A stretch of 64,000 bases of DNA, from positions 245 to 64,244 of the forward strand of contig DASZOV010000138.1 in NCBI GenBank assembly GCA_035550595.1, written 5' to 3'. Under the pieces are notes generated by a model. It was not told the DNA's origin, searched no databases, and was given only the letters and a program-made list of their open reading frames with translations. A program made the translations under genes and the position numbers. This stretch comes from Vicinamibacterales bacterium (lineage in GTDB: Bacteria; Acidobacteriota; Vicinamibacteria; Vicinamibacterales; SCN-69-37). Below are positions 16,434-26,756 of the stretch, piece by piece. Numbering within the stretch: the first letter of the stretch is position 1; each line of letters opens with the position of its first letter.

Positions 16434-17750
16434 TCACGCCGCGTCCCGGCTCGCGTTGCGCGCCGACACCGGCAGCGCGATCGTGACTCGAAGACCCGGA
16501 TGCGCGTTCTCCGCGGCGACGGTGCCGTGATGGACGGCGATCGCACGCCGAGCGATCGCCAAGCCGAGGCCGATGCCGCCGGCAGCCGCGTCGCGCGAGG
16601 CATCGACGCGATAGAAGGGCTCGAAAATGCGCTCGAGCTCGGCGTCCGGCACACCCGGACCCGCGTCGCGTACCGCGATGCGCACGCGGTCCGTTTCGTT
16701 GGCGACTCGCACGTCGACGGCGCCGTTGTCCGGCGTGTAGCGCACGGCGTTGCGCACGACGTTCTCGATTCCGCGCCGGAGCAGTTCCCGGTCGCCGTCG
16801 AGCGTCGGGGCGATGTCGCCAGAAACGGTGACGCGAACGCCACGCGGCTCGGCTTCGCGCGCGCACGTCCGGTGGACCTCGCCGATGAGATCGTGCAGGT
16901 CCACCGGTCCGCGCCCACGGGCGGTCGGGTCGCCCTCGGCACGCGTCATCTCGATGAGCTCGCCGACGAGCGTGGAGAGAAGATCCACGTCGGCCTGAAT
17001 CCGATCCAGCGCAGCTCCGGAATCGGTCGCGTTGCGCGCGAGCTCGACCGAGAAGTTGAGCCGCGCGAGCGGCGACCGCAGCTCGTGCGAGACGTCCTGC
17101 AGCAGTCGCCGTTCGGCTTGGAGCAGCGTCTGCACGCGGTCGGCCATGCCGTTGAAGACGCCGGCGAGCGTGCCGATCTCGTTGGCGGGCGCGTTCGTCA
17201 CGCGGGCCGACAGATCGCCGGCGCCGAAGCGCTCGGCGACGGTCGACATCGTACGCAGGGGCGGCACGATGCTCCGCGCCACCCACCACGACACGAGGAA
17301 AATCGACGCGAGCACGAGGAAGTAGAACGGCGCGAAGCTCCACAGCGTGAAGGGCGGCGCGCCCATCGAGACGAGGTGATAGCGGCCGTCGGCCGATGTG
17401 CGCACGTAGACGAACGTGTCGCCATCGACGTGAGGCGCGGCCGTCGCCGGCGTATCGCCGAGCAGACGACGGTGATCCGCTCCAGTGACGAGGTCGCGGC
17501 CGTTGGCGTCGACGAGATAGTGCGTGGCTTGGAGCGCCTCGTCCATTTGGTGCGTGAACCGCGCGAGTTCGCTGGCGCCGCCACGCTGGTAGGCCGCGAT
17601 GGCCTCGTCGAGCTGAACGGTATACGCGCCGTCGACCAGGTGTTCGATCGCGCTGCCCACCACGCGGCGGCCGATGGCCACGAAGGCGCCGAGCGAGATG
17701 ACGACCGTGACGAACGAGGCGATGACGATGCGGAGGTAGAGGGAGCGCAT
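16434..17750 (-). CDS. sensor histidine kinase (2 TM, HAMP, HisKA, HATPase_c)
   Basis: H-box VSHELRSPLARL. N/G boxes NVVRNAVRYT, RDAGPGVP, GGIGLGLAIARR. Starts 2 nt after the response-regulator stop. Confidence 0.85.
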   Translation of the reverse strand: MRSLYLRIVIASFVTVVISLGAFVAIGRRVVGSAIEHLVDGAYTVQLDEAIAAYQRGGASELARFTHQMDEALQATHYLVDANGRDLVTGADHRRLLGDTPATAAPHVDGDTFVYVRTSADGRYHLVSMGAPPFTLWSFAPFYFLVLASIFLVSWWVARSIVPPLRTMSTVAERFGAGDLSARVTNAPANEIGTLAGVFNGMADRVQTLLQAERRLLQDVSHELRSPLARLNFSVELARNATDSGAALDRIQADVDLLSTLVGELIEMTRAEGDPTARGRGPVDLHDLIGEVHRTCAREAEPRGVRVTVSGDIAPTLDGDRELLRRGIENVVRNAVRYTPDNGAVDVRVANETDRVRIAVRDAGPGVPDAELERIFEPFYRVDASRDAAAGGIGLGLAIARRAIAVHHGTVAAENAHPGLRVTIALPVSARNASRDAA

Positions 17751-17752
17751 CG

Positions 17753-18457
17753 TCAATTCCGCGCGAAGAGGTAGCCGATGCCGCGGACCGTGCGAATCGG
17801 ATCGGTGCCGGCGGCCTGCAGCTTGCGACGCAGATGGCTCATGTGGACGTCGAGCGTGCGCTCGTACGGCGACGCGGGCCGCTGGTGCAGCGCGGCCATG
17901 ATCTCGTCGCGCGAGACGGCGAGTCCGGCGCGGCGGACGAGCAGCTCGAGGATGTCGAACTCGGCCGTCGTGAGCGGCAGGAGCACGTCGCCGTACCACG
18001 CCTCGCGCCGCGCGACGCTGAGTCGAACACCGCTCACGTCGACCTCATCGGGCCGCGCCGTTGCGGAGAGCGCGGCCCGGCGCAGCAGCGCACGGATCCG
18101 CGCGAGCAGTTCGCGCGGCTGAAATGGCTTGGCGAGATAGTCATCCGCGCCGGCCTCCAGGCCGCCGACCCGATCGTCGGTCGTCGTCCGCGCCGTGAGC
18201 ATGATGACGGGCACGGTCGTGCGCCGGCGGAGTTGCCGCAGCACTTCGAAGCCGTCGAGGCCCGGCAGCATGACGTCGAGCGTGACGACGTCGAAGTCGC
18301 CGGTGGTCGCTTCGCGAACCGCGGCGAGCCCGTCGTGGACGGCCGAGACGACGAGGTCGTGCTGCGACAGGAAATCGCGCATCAGATCGCACAGCTTGAG
18401 GTCGTCGTCCACGAGCAGGACGCGACGAGGCGTCCCGGCGGCCGAAGGAGAGGACAC
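17753..18457 (-). CDS. OmpR/PhoB-family response regulator
   Basis: Receiver domain (VLLVDDD...DVVTLDVMLPGLDG) plus winged-helix domain (LTTAEFDILELLV...VHMSHLRRKL...IRTVRGIGY). Confidence 0.9.
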   Translation of the reverse strand: MSSPSAAGTPRRVLLVDDDLKLCDLMRDFLSQHDLVVSAVHDGLAAVREATTGDFDVVTLDVMLPGLDGFEVLRQLRRRTTVPVIMLTARTTTDDRVGGLEAGADDYLAKPFQPRELLARIRALLRRAALSATARPDEVDVSGVRLSVARREAWYGDVLLPLTTAEFDILELLVRRAGLAVSRDEIMAALHQRPASPYERTLDVHMSHLRRKLQAAGTDPIRTVRGIGYLFARN

Positions 18458-18465
18458 GCGGTAGT

Positions 18466-19890
18466 CTACCGCCGCGCGGTCGTCTCCTCGGCCAGCGGCG
18501 CCGCGGCCTGCCAGCCACCGCCGAGCGCCTTGTACAGGCGCACGAGATCCTCGGAGACCGTCGCCGTGCTCGAGGCGACCGAGTCCTGCAGCGACAGCAG
18601 CGAGCGCTGAGCGTCGAGCACCGTTTGGAAATCCTGAAGGCCCGCGGTGTAGAGCTGCAGCGACAGGTTGGCGCTCTCGTTGGCAGCGGTGGCCGCGGCC
18701 TCGAGGTGACTACGACGCGCCTGCTCCTCGGTGAGCGACGTGAGCGCGTCTTCGACGTCTTGAAGAGCCGTCAGGACGCGCGACTCGTAAGCATGGAGCG
18801 CCTGCGCTTCGTGCTCGGTGTCGACGACGACGGTCTGTCGCAACTGCTCACGATTGAAGACGCGCGTGTTGATCGCGGCCCCGCTGTTCCAGAACGCCGC
18901 GCCGGGAAGGAGAACCTTGGCGAGCGAGAGCGCCTCGAGGCCGATCGATCCCGTCAGTCGCAACGAGGGATAGAGATCGGCGCGGGCCGCGTTGACTTGT
19001 GCGAAGGCCGAGGCGAGCTGCCGTTCCGCGCTGCGCACGTCCGGCCGCCGGCGCAGCGTGTCGGCCGGGACGCCGACGGCGATGCTGATCGGCGCCGACG
19101 GGATCGCCGTCGTGCCACCGAGCTCGGCGTTCAGAGCCGCGGGCGGCTGACCGATGAGCACGGCGAGCGCGTGCTGGCTCACCTGGAGCTGGCTCTCGAG
19201 CTGCGCGATCTGCGCGCGCGTGCTCTCCACGTTCGAGAGCGCTTGCTGCGTGTCCAGATCGGTCGCGAGTCCCGCCTGCACGCGGAAGCGCGTGAGGTCC
19301 AGCGTCTGCTCCTGCAGCGTCAGGTTGCTCTCGGTCAGTTCGAGCTGTCGTTGGGCGGACCGCACGTTGATGTAGTCGATGGCGGTTTCGGCCGTCAGGC
19401 TGACGAGCGCGTCCTGCAGGTCGAACACGCGCGCTTCGGCCGTGGCCGACGAGGCATCGATGGCGCTGCGCGTCGCACCGAAGAGATCGGGTTCCCAGCT
19501 CGCATCCAGCTCGAGTCCGTACGACTGCGAGAACGCGTCGCCGCCGCTCGCGCGTGCGTTGCCCGCGCCGTCAACCGTCGGGAGGTTAGTGCTGCGCGTG
19601 GACGCGAGGCTCGCGCGCGCTTCGCGTACGCGCGAGACCGCCGTCTTGATGTCGGGACTGCCGGCAATCGCACGTTCGACGAGCGAGGTGAGCAGTGGAT
19701 CGTCGAACGCCTTCCACCAGTCGGCGAGCACGGTCTCGTCGGGTGCGGCCGCCGGCGTCGGCAGCGATGTGGACCATTGATTGGGCGCGCTCGCCGCTGG
19801 AGCCGTGTACGGCCGCGCGGTGGCGCACGCCGTCGCGAATGCGAGGACGGCTGAAACGGCGACGAATCGAATGGCGCGAGCGTGACGCAT
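18466..19890 (-). CDS. efflux outer-membrane factor lipoprotein (NodT/TolC family)
   Basis: Lipobox AFATAC after MRHARAIRFVAVSAVL. Two OEP repeats with the typical coiled-coil composition. ATG 19890 chosen (alternative 19902). Confidence 0.8.
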   Translation of the reverse strand: MRHARAIRFVAVSAVLAFATACATARPYTAPAASAPNQWSTSLPTPAAAPDETVLADWWKAFDDPLLTSLVERAIAGSPDIKTAVSRVREARASLASTRSTNLPTVDGAGNARASGGDAFSQSYGLELDASWEPDLFGATRSAIDASSATAEARVFDLQDALVSLTAETAIDYINVRSAQRQLELTESNLTLQEQTLDLTRFRVQAGLATDLDTQQALSNVESTRAQIAQLESQLQVSQHALAVLIGQPPAALNAELGGTTAIPSAPISIAVGVPADTLRRRPDVRSAERQLASAFAQVNAARADLYPSLRLTGSIGLEALSLAKVLLPGAAFWNSGAAINTRVFNREQLRQTVVVDTEHEAQALHAYESRVLTALQDVEDALTSLTEEQARRSHLEAAATAANESANLSLQLYTAGLQDFQTVLDAQRSLLSLQDSVASSTATVSEDLVRLYKALGGGWQAAAPLAEETTARR

Positions 19891-19894
19891 GGGG

Positions 19895-21103
19895 TTACTC
19901 ATGACGCAGCGCGTCGATGGGATTGAGCTGGGCTGCGCGGCGCGCCGGGAAGAACCCGAACACGACGCCGACACCCGCCGAGAAGAGGAACGCGAGCAGA
20001 ATGACCGGCACGTTGATCGAGAACGGCAGGTGGAGCACGGCCGTGGCGATGGCCGACGCCGCGAGTGCGAAGACGATGCCCATGAGGCCGCCGAAGGCCG
20101 AGAGCACGACGGCCTCGACGAGGAACTGCGTGAGGACGTCCGTTTCAAACGCGCCGATCGCCAGGCGAATGCCGATCTCGCGTGTCCGCTCGGTCACCGA
20201 CACGAGCATGATGTTCATGATGCCGATGCCGCCGACGAGCAGGCTGATGGCCGCGACCGCCGCGAGCAGCGCCGTCAGCGTCTGCGTCGTGCCCGAAATC
20301 GCCGTCGCGAGATCTTCCTGGGCGAAGATCGTGAAGTCGTTGTCGTCCTCCGGCCGGAGATGGCGGCGGTCGCGCAGCAGTTGCTCGACGTCCTGACGCG
20401 CACGCGCGGTCGAGACCGACTTGGGCACCGACACCTGGATTTGCCCGATGTCGTTGTTCCCCGCGAGCCGCCGCTGCAGCGTTCGCAGCGGGATGACGAC
20501 CGTCGCGTCGCGGTCCTGGCCGAACGTGCTCTCGCCCTTTTTGGCGAGGAGTCCGATGACGCGGCACGACATCGACCGCAGGCGGATCGACGCGCCAATC
20601 GGATCGCTCACGTCGAGCACTTCCTTCCGAATGGTGTCGCCGATGATGCAGACGGCCGCGCCCGCGCGCTCTTCGCTGTCGGTGAAGAACCGGCCTTTCG
20701 CGAGCGGCCAGTCCGTGGCCGTGAAGTAGGTGTTGGTCGTGCCCGTGATCGACGTGGATCGATTCTTCGATCCGCTGATCACGTTGAGCGTCGTCGACGC
20801 GATGGGCGCGACGTCGGTCACCGTCGTCAGATCGCGCGCCATGACGTCGGCGTCTTCCACGCGAAACGGCGTTGCCGCGGCCGACGCGCCGCCCGGGCCG
20901 CGCTGCTGGCCCGGCATGATCGTCAGCAGATTGCTGCCCATGCTGGCGATGCTGGCCGTCACGCTCTGGGTCGCGCTGTTGCCGAGCGTCACGAGGGTGA
21001 TGACCGACGCGACGCCGATGACGATGCCGAGCGTCGTGAGCGATGAGCGCAGGACGTTGCGCCGAATTTCACGGAAGGCGAGGACGACGGCGTTGAGCAG
21101 CAT
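19895..21103 (-). CDS. MacB/FtsX-type ABC permease
   Basis: [34 protein letters not shown], a MacB periplasmic core domain, and C-terminal FtsX helices ending ...PARRAAQLNPIDALRHE. The ATG shares its A with the ATPase TGA. Confidence 0.85.
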   Translation of the reverse strand: MLLNAVVLAFREIRRNVLRSSLTTLGIVIGVASVITLVTLGNSATQSVTASIASMGSNLLTIMPGQQRGPGGASAAATPFRVEDADVMARDLTTVTDVAPIASTTLNVISGSKNRSTSITGTTNTYFTATDWPLAKGRFFTDSEERAGAAVCIIGDTIRKEVLDVSDPIGASIRLRSMSCRVIGLLAKKGESTFGQDRDATVVIPLRTLQRRLAGNNDIGQIQVSVPKSVSTARARQDVEQLLRDRRHLRPEDDNDFTIFAQEDLATAISGTTQTLTALLAAVAAISLLVGGIGIMNIMLVSVTERTREIGIRLAIGAFETDVLTQFLVEAVVLSAFGGLMGIVFALAASAIATAVLHLPFSINVPVILLAFLFSAGVGVVFGFFPARRAAQLNPIDALRHE

Positions 21104-21804
21104 CAGTGCGCTCCTTCGCTGCGCAGGTCGTGCTCGACGAGGCCGTCGCGGAAGTGGATCGCACGCGAGGCATAGGCCGCCATGTCGGGTTCGTGCGTGA
21201 CCATCAGCACGGTGAGACCGCGCTCGCGGTTGAAGCGCACGAGCAGATCCATGATCTCGACGCTGCGCGCCGTGTCGAGATTGCCCGTCGGCTCGTCGGC
21301 GAAGAGTACCGAGGGTTCGGTGACGATGGCGCGCGCGATCGCGACGCGTTGCATCTGGCCCCCAGAGAGCTCGGCCGGCGTGTGCGTCTCCCAGCCCGTG
21401 AGTCCGACCGCGCCCAGCGCTTCGCGCGCGCGCCGCCGCCGCTCGGCCGCGGGCGTGCCGCGATAGACGAGCGGCAATTCGACGTTCTCGATCGCGGACG
21501 TGCGGTTGAGCAGATTGAATCCCTGGAAGACGAAGCCGAGATAGTGCCGGCGCAGGAGTGCACGCTGCTGGCGCGTGAGCGCGCCGACGTCGACCCCGCG
21601 AAACCGGTAGGTGCCGCTCGTCGGCACGTCGAGACACCCGAGGATGTTCATCGTCGTCGACTTGCCGGAGCCGCTCGGGCCCATCACGGCGACGAACTCG
21701 CCCGGCTGCACCTGGAAGTCAACGCCGGCGAGCGCGTGGACTTCGGCTTGGCCGTGCCCGTAGACGCGCTCGACGCGCTCGAATTCGATGAGAGGATCCG
21801 CCAT
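21103..21804 (-). CDS. ABC transporter ATP-binding protein (MacB/LolD-like)
   Basis: Walker [11 protein letters not shown]-loop, signature [14 protein letters not shown], Walker B VLFADEPT. Confidence 0.9.
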   Translation of the reverse strand: MADPLIEFERVERVYGHGQAEVHALAGVDFQVQPGEFVAVMGPSGSGKSTTMNILGCLDVPTSGTYRFRGVDVGALTRQQRALLRRHYLGFVFQGFNLLNRTSAIENVELPLVYRGTPAAERRRRAREALGAVGLTGWETHTPAELSGGQMQRVAIARAIVTEPSVLFADEPTGNLDTARSVEIMDLLVRFNRERGLTVLMVTHEPDMAAYASRAIHFRDGLVEHDLRSEGAH

Positions 21805-21808
21805 CGCG

Positions 21809-23065
21809 TTATCCAGCGGTCACCGCGAGATCGGTGATGACCGGCGTGCCGACCTGGAGTGATCCCTCCTCGACGACGGTGAATCGACCGTCGCTCGGCC
21901 CCGGCGTCAGCTTCACCATCGTCGGCTTGCCATTGACGAGCGTCCAGACGTGCGGCGTCGAGGCGTCGGCCGATCGGTCGCGCGGCTCATTGCCTGGCGG
22001 CGGGCGGAAGAAGCCGGTCTGCTGGGGCATCGTTTCCGGCGGCGTGAACCGCAGCGCGGCACTGGGGACGACGAGCGCGTCCTTGACTTCCGTGACCGTG
22101 ATGTCGGCCGTGGCCGTCATGCCCGGCCGGAGCAACAGCTCCTTGTTGTCGACGGTGAGCACCGTTTGATACGTCACGACGCCGTTCGACGTCGTGGGCG
22201 TGCTGCGCACTTCCTGCACCGCGGAATCGAACGTCCGATCCGGATAGGCGTCGACGCGGAACGTGGCGTGTTCGCCGGCGCGCACCTGCCCGATGTCGGC
22301 TTCGTCGACGTCGACGATGAGCCGCATCTTGGTGAGGTCTTCGGCGAGCGTGAAGAGCGTCGGCGTCTGGAACGAGGCCGCGACCGTCTGCCCGGGATCG
22401 ACTTCACGGTTGAGGACGATGCCGTTGATCGGCGAACGGATGACGGCCTTGCGGATGTCGGTCTCGATGGCGTCGAGATTCGCTTGCGACTGCGCGACGC
22501 CGGCCTCCGCGCTGTGTTCGTCGGCTTCGCCGCGCTTCACGGTCGCGATCTGCGAATCCATGTCCTGCTGCGAGGGCACCTTGCCGCCGCTCAGCTCGCG
22601 CACGTGCTGGAAGCGCGCGAGATCGGCCTTCGCTTCGGCGAGCGTGGCTTCGGCCTGCACCTGTTTCGCCTTGGACGCGTTGAGCGACGCGCGCGCCTGC
22701 GCCGCCTGCGCGTCGAGCTTCTCGGTGTTCACCCGCGCCAGGACCTGGCCGACGCGGACGGGACTGTTGAAGTCCACGTTGACGGACTCGATGATGCCGG
22801 AAATTTCGGTGCCGATGTCGACCTGCGTCAGCGCGTCCAACTCGCCCGTGGCCGTGACGCTGACGGTCAGCGTGCGTCGCGCGACGGGGCTCGTCTGATA
22901 CTGCGGGCCGACGTCGCCGCGCGAATGCCGCCACGCCCACAGGCCGCCCGCCACGACGAGAACGACGATCGCGATCCATAGCCAACGGCTTCGCCGCGCG
23001 CGGTGCCGGCTCTCGGCCGTGAGACCGAGCGTGGCCTGAATGTCATCTGTGCCTGTATGCGCCAT
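21809..23065 (-). CDS. periplasmic adaptor (HlyD/MacA membrane-fusion) subunit
   Basis: Single N-terminal TM (WLWIAIVVLVVAGGLWAW), lipoyl/coiled-coil/beta-barrel pattern, first gene of the efflux block. Confidence 0.85.
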   Translation of the reverse strand: MAHTGTDDIQATLGLTAESRHRARRSRWLWIAIVVLVVAGGLWAWRHSRGDVGPQYQTSPVARRTLTVSVTATGELDALTQVDIGTEISGIIESVNVDFNSPVRVGQVLARVNTEKLDAQAAQARASLNASKAKQVQAEATLAEAKADLARFQHVRELSGGKVPSQQDMDSQIATVKRGEADEHSAEAGVAQSQANLDAIETDIRKAVIRSPINGIVLNREVDPGQTVAASFQTPTLFTLAEDLTKMRLIVDVDEADIGQVRAGEHATFRVDAYPDRTFDSAVQEVRSTPTTSNGVVTYQTVLTVDNKELLLRPGMTATADITVTEVKDALVVPSAALRFTPPETMPQQTGFFRPPPGNEPRDRSADASTPHVWTLVNGKPTMVKLTPGPSDGRFTVVEEGSLQVGTPVITDLAVTAG

Positions 23066-23230
23066 GCCATCCTCGGCGGACGGAACGTCCGCGCTCTTGT
23101 GGGTAGACGACGGGGCGGCCCGGCGAGGTCGTTAAGATTTGTAAACGGCGGCGGGCGCCGGCGTGTCGGGCGTGACACGCGGACCCTCGGCGATGTCCAA
23201 TAGACGGTGAAGATTCTCAGGGAGTATCCG

Positions 23231-26200
23231 ATGGCACGCGTCGTCCGCGCTTCGTCCGTTCTGGTCCTGGCGTTCGCCGTTACGGTCGCGCTCTTCACAC
23301 GAGCGACGATCCCCGTTTTCGGACAAACCGCCGCCGCGCCCACCGCGCCGGCCGCGCACAAGCCCACGGCCGACGAGATCGCGCCCTTCGTCGGCAACTG
23401 GGCCGTCACGATCGCCATCATGGCCAATCAGGCCACGTTCGGCGTCGACGTGAAGAACGACGGCGGCGCGCCGTCGGCGGTGGTCCACGCGCAGGGACAG
23501 CCGACCGTGAACGTGACCGACGTCACGGTCGCCGGCAAGAGTTTGGTGCTGAAGTACGTGACCCAGGCGATGAACACGATGATGTCGACCGTGTTGACGC
23601 TCACGCCCGACGCGGCGACCACGCGCGCCAGCATGGCGGTGATGGACGGGCAATACGAGATGACGGGATCGGCCCGCAAGCTGAAGCCCGGCGAGCAGGT
23701 GACGTTCACTGGTCTGGGCGGCGGCGGGCAGGCCTCGTCGACGAGCGAGCTCACCGACTTCACGCCGAAGACGCCGTACACCGCGCGAACGCCGGCCGAG
23801 GAAGCGGCCGGCTTCCGGCTGCCGACTGGTTATCGTCTCGAGCTCGTCGCGTCCGATCCCGACATCATCAGCCCGACGATCATCGAGTTCGACGGCAACG
23901 GCCGCATGTACGTCGGCGAGATGATCGGCTACATGATGGACGCCGAGGCGACGCACGAGCACGAGCCCGTGAGCCGCATCAGCCGGTGGGAGAGCACCAA
24001 GGGCGACGGCGTCTACGACAAACACACCATCTTCGCGGACCATCTCGTCGCGCCGCGCATGATCTTGCCGCTCACCGACGGCGTCATCCTGACGAGCGAG
24101 ACCGACTCGGACGACATCATCAAGCTCACTGACACGAACGGCGACGGCGTGGCCGACAAGCGCGAGGTCGTCTTCACCGGCATCGGGCAAAGCGGTGACG
24201 CGAACATCGAGCACCAGAAGGCGGGACTCGTCTGGGGGCTCGACAACTGGATCTACACGACCTACAACGCGTTCCGGATCCGCTGGACGCCGACCGGCTT
24301 CCTGCGCGAGCGCACCGGGCCGAACGGCGGCCAGTGGGGCCTCGCCATGGACAACGACGGCAAGCCGTGGTTCGTCGACGCGGGCGGCGAACGCGGGCCG
24401 ATGAATTTCCAGTACCCGATTCAGTACGGCGCGTTCACGCCGTGTCCGCCCGCACCGGCAGGCGCGGCGCCGGATCCGAATTGTCCGGCCGGCATGGAGA
24501 ACGGCTTCGAGAAGGACTTCGCCGTCGTCTGGCCGAGTCCGGGCATCGGCGACATGCAGGGCGGCATCGGCCGCATCCGCATGCCGGCCGCCAACCTCAA
24601 TCACTTCACGGCAGCGACGGGACCCGCGATCGTGCGCGGCGACGCGCTGCCGGCGGATCTCAAGGGTGATTTGCTCTTCACCGAGCCGGTCGGCCGGCTG
24701 GTGCGCCGCGCGAAGATCGTGAACATCGAAGGGCTGACCGAGCTGCAGAACGCGTATCCGCAATCGGAGTTCATCACGAGCGAGGATCAGCTCTTCCGTC
24801 CCGTCAACATCAGCAACGCGCCCGACGGGACCGTGTACATCGCCGACATGTACCACGGCATCATCCAGGAGCGGGAATGGTCCGGACCCGGATCGTACCT
24901 GCGCGCCAAGATCGAGCAGTATCAGCTCGACAAGGTCGTCTCGCACGGACGGATCTGGCGGCTACGCTATGACGGCCGCGCGGCCGTGCCCAAGACCGAC
25001 ACGAACATGGGCCAGCCGGCCATTCCGCCGGTCGAGCCGCACTTCGCGCCGCCGCACATGTACGGCGAGACGCCGGCGCAACTCGTCGCGCACCTCACGA
25101 GTCCGAACGGCTGGTGGCGCGACATGGCGCAGCGGCTGCTCGTGCTCGCGCAAGACAAGTCGGTCGTGCCCGCGCTCGAGCAGATCGCACGTGCGTCTTC
25201 ACAGGCTACGGCGGCTTCGGCCACGCAGGCTTCGTCTGCGGGCGCGGCGGAGGCGCAGGCTGGGAACGTCGATGACACGGCGCTCGTGTCGCGCTTCCAC
25301 GCGATGTGGACGCTCGAAGGCCTGAACGCGCTCGATCCGTCGCTCGTGCGCGCGCTGATGAAGGATCCGAATCCGCGGATGCGCGTGCAGGCGATTCGCG
25401 CGAGCGAGTCGCTCTACAAGGCCGGCGACCGTTCGTTCGCCGACGACTATCGCGCGATGACCAAGGATGCTGACCCGAACGTCGTCATCCAGGCGATGCT
25501 CACGGCGAACGTCTTGCAGTTGCCGGATGCGCGCGCGGTCATCACCGCGGCGAAGACGGCGAATCAGGCCAAGGGCGTCATCCTCATCGCGGATCATCTG
25601 CTGGCGCCTGCCGCCGCGGGGCCACGGCCGCGGCCCGGTACCTTGACGCCGGACGAAGAGAGGCGCCTCGACGCCGGCGAAGACGTGTTCAACTCGGTGT
25701 GCGCCGCATGCCATGGACCCGACGGCATGGGCCGTGCCCTCGCGGGAGGCGCGCCCGGCGAGATGATGGCGCCGCCGCTCGCCGGATCGCCGCGCGTGCA
25801 GGGACATCGTGACTACGTCATCAAAGTGCTGCTCGGCGGGCTGACCGGCCCGCTCGGCGGGCGGACGTACGCCGACGTGATGGCGCCCCTCGGCAGCACG
25901 TCGAGCGACGACTGGGTGGCTGGCGTCGCGTCCTTCGTGCGCAGCAGCTTCGGCAACACCGGCGACCTCGTCACGCCGGCCGACGTCGCGCGCGTGCGCG
26001 CGTCGATGAAGAGCCGGACGACGCCGTGGACGGAAGGCGAGCTCGAGTCGTCGCTCCCGCGCCTGATCGATCCGCACGGCTGGACGATCACCGCCAGCCA
26101 CGCAACTGACAGCGCGGCGGGTGCGGCCAGCTTGCGCGGCTGGAGTTCAGGCGCGCCGCAGACGGCGGGGATGTGGCTGACCGTCGAGTTGCCGCAACCG

Positions 26201-26491
26201 GTGTCAGTCACCGAACTGCAGTTCGATTCGGCGCAGGTGCTCGTCCAGGGGCGCGGCGGTAACGCCGGGGCGACGCCCGCGGTCGGCTATCCGCGCGGGT
26301 ACTCGGTGCAGGTGTCGACCGACGGCCGCTCGTGGAGCCAACCCGTCGCGACCGGGCAGGGGAGTGGACGGCACACGACGATCACTTTCGCGCCCACGCG
26401 CGCGAAGTTCGTGCGCATCACGCAAACCGCGACCGTCGCCGGCGCGCCGGAGTGGTCGGTCAGCAACCTGCGGATTTACCAGATGCCCTGA
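23231..26491 (+). CDS. PVC-type heme-binding CxxCH protein: dehydrogenase-like N-domain, HEAT-like repeats, cytochrome c motif, C-terminal F5/8 (discoidin) domain
   Basis: Signal peptide. FRLPTGYRLELVASDPDIISPTIIEFDGNGRMYVGEM. Heme motif FNSVCAACHGPDGMG. C-terminus ...GMWLTVELPQPVSVTELQFDS...YSVQVSTDGRSWS. GGGAG SD before ATG 23231. Confidence 0.8.
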   Translation: MARVVRASSVLVLAFAVTVALFTRATIPVFGQTAAAPTAPAAHKPTADEIAPFVGNWAVTIAIMANQATFGVDVKNDGGAPSAVVHAQGQPTVNVTDVTVAGKSLVLKYVTQAMNTMMSTVLTLTPDAATTRASMAVMDGQYEMTGSARKLKPGEQVTFTGLGGGGQASSTSELTDFTPKTPYTARTPAEEAAGFRLPTGYRLELVASDPDIISPTIIEFDGNGRMYVGEMIGYMMDAEATHEHEPVSRISRWESTKGDGVYDKHTIFADHLVAPRMILPLTDGVILTSETDSDDIIKLTDTNGDGVADKREVVFTGIGQSGDANIEHQKAGLVWGLDNWIYTTYNAFRIRWTPTGFLRERTGPNGGQWGLAMDNDGKPWFVDAGGERGPMNFQYPIQYGAFTPCPPAPAGAAPDPNCPAGMENGFEKDFAVVWPSPGIGDMQGGIGRIRMPAANLNHFTAATGPAIVRGDALPADLKGDLLFTEPVGRLVRRAKIVNIEGLTELQNAYPQSEFITSEDQLFRPVNISNAPDGTVYIADMYHGIIQEREWSGPGSYLRAKIEQYQLDKVVSHGRIWRLRYDGRAAVPKTDTNMGQPAIPPVEPHFAPPHMYGETPAQLVAHLTSPNGWWRDMAQRLLVLAQDKSVVPALEQIARASSQATAASATQASSAGAAEAQAGNVDDTALVSRFHAMWTLEGLNALDPSLVRALMKDPNPRMRVQAIRASESLYKAGDRSFADDYRAMTKDADPNVVIQAMLTANVLQLPDARAVITAAKTANQAKGVILIADHLLAPAAAGPRPRPGTLTPDEERRLDAGEDVFNSVCAACHGPDGMGRALAGGAPGEMMAPPLAGSPRVQGHRDYVIKVLLGGLTGPLGGRTYADVMAPLGSTSSDDWVAGVASFVRSSFGNTGDLVTPADVARVRASMKSRTTPWTEGELESSLPRLIDPHGWTITASHATDSAAGAASLRGWSSGAPQTAGMWLTVELPQPVSVTELQFDSAQVLVQGRGGNAGATPAVGYPRGYSVQVSTDGRSWSQPVATGQGSGRHTTITFAPTRAKFVRITQTATVAGAPEWSVSNLRIYQMP

Positions 26492-26528
26492 GGGTCTCAC
26501 GCGAAGACGCGAAGACGCGAAGCAGGCG
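26492..26528. repeat. CGCGAAG-family repeat unit directly after a stop codon
   Basis: GGGTCTCACGCGAAGACGCGAAGACGCGAAGCAGGC. A degenerate copy lies at ~26712-26750. Confidence 0.6.
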
Positions 26529-26756
26529 TTGGGGCAACGCGGCCGAAAAAAGTTGACACCGCGAGCCCCCGAGCGTAGCGAGGGCGGCGAAGCGATCAAA
26601 AGAAGTCCGCGAAGCCCGCGACAGAGGAGCGGCGCTGAGCGGGCGAGCGGGGGTGGGGCCCCGCGAGCGAGTAAAGAGAAGATGGCCCCGCGCCACTGCA
26701 AAGAAGATGGCTCGCGCGAAGCCGCGAAGGGCAAAGGCAAAAGACGGGATGGACTA

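Noticed and set aside
23066-23230. A GntR-type ACTGGTAT operator upstream of the first heme-c dehydrogenase (23231-26491).
   Set aside because: I scanned the 165-bp intergenic region and found no ATACCAGT/ACTGGTAT core, so this paralog does not appear to belong to the same putative regulon.
26364-26756. The N-terminal extension of the OmpA-family ORF (track start 26364).
   Set aside because: The extension is a translation of the CGCGAAG repeat and GC-rich spacer (…RSPRSPRQRSGAERASGGGAPRASKEK…). A signal peptide begins at ATG 26757.
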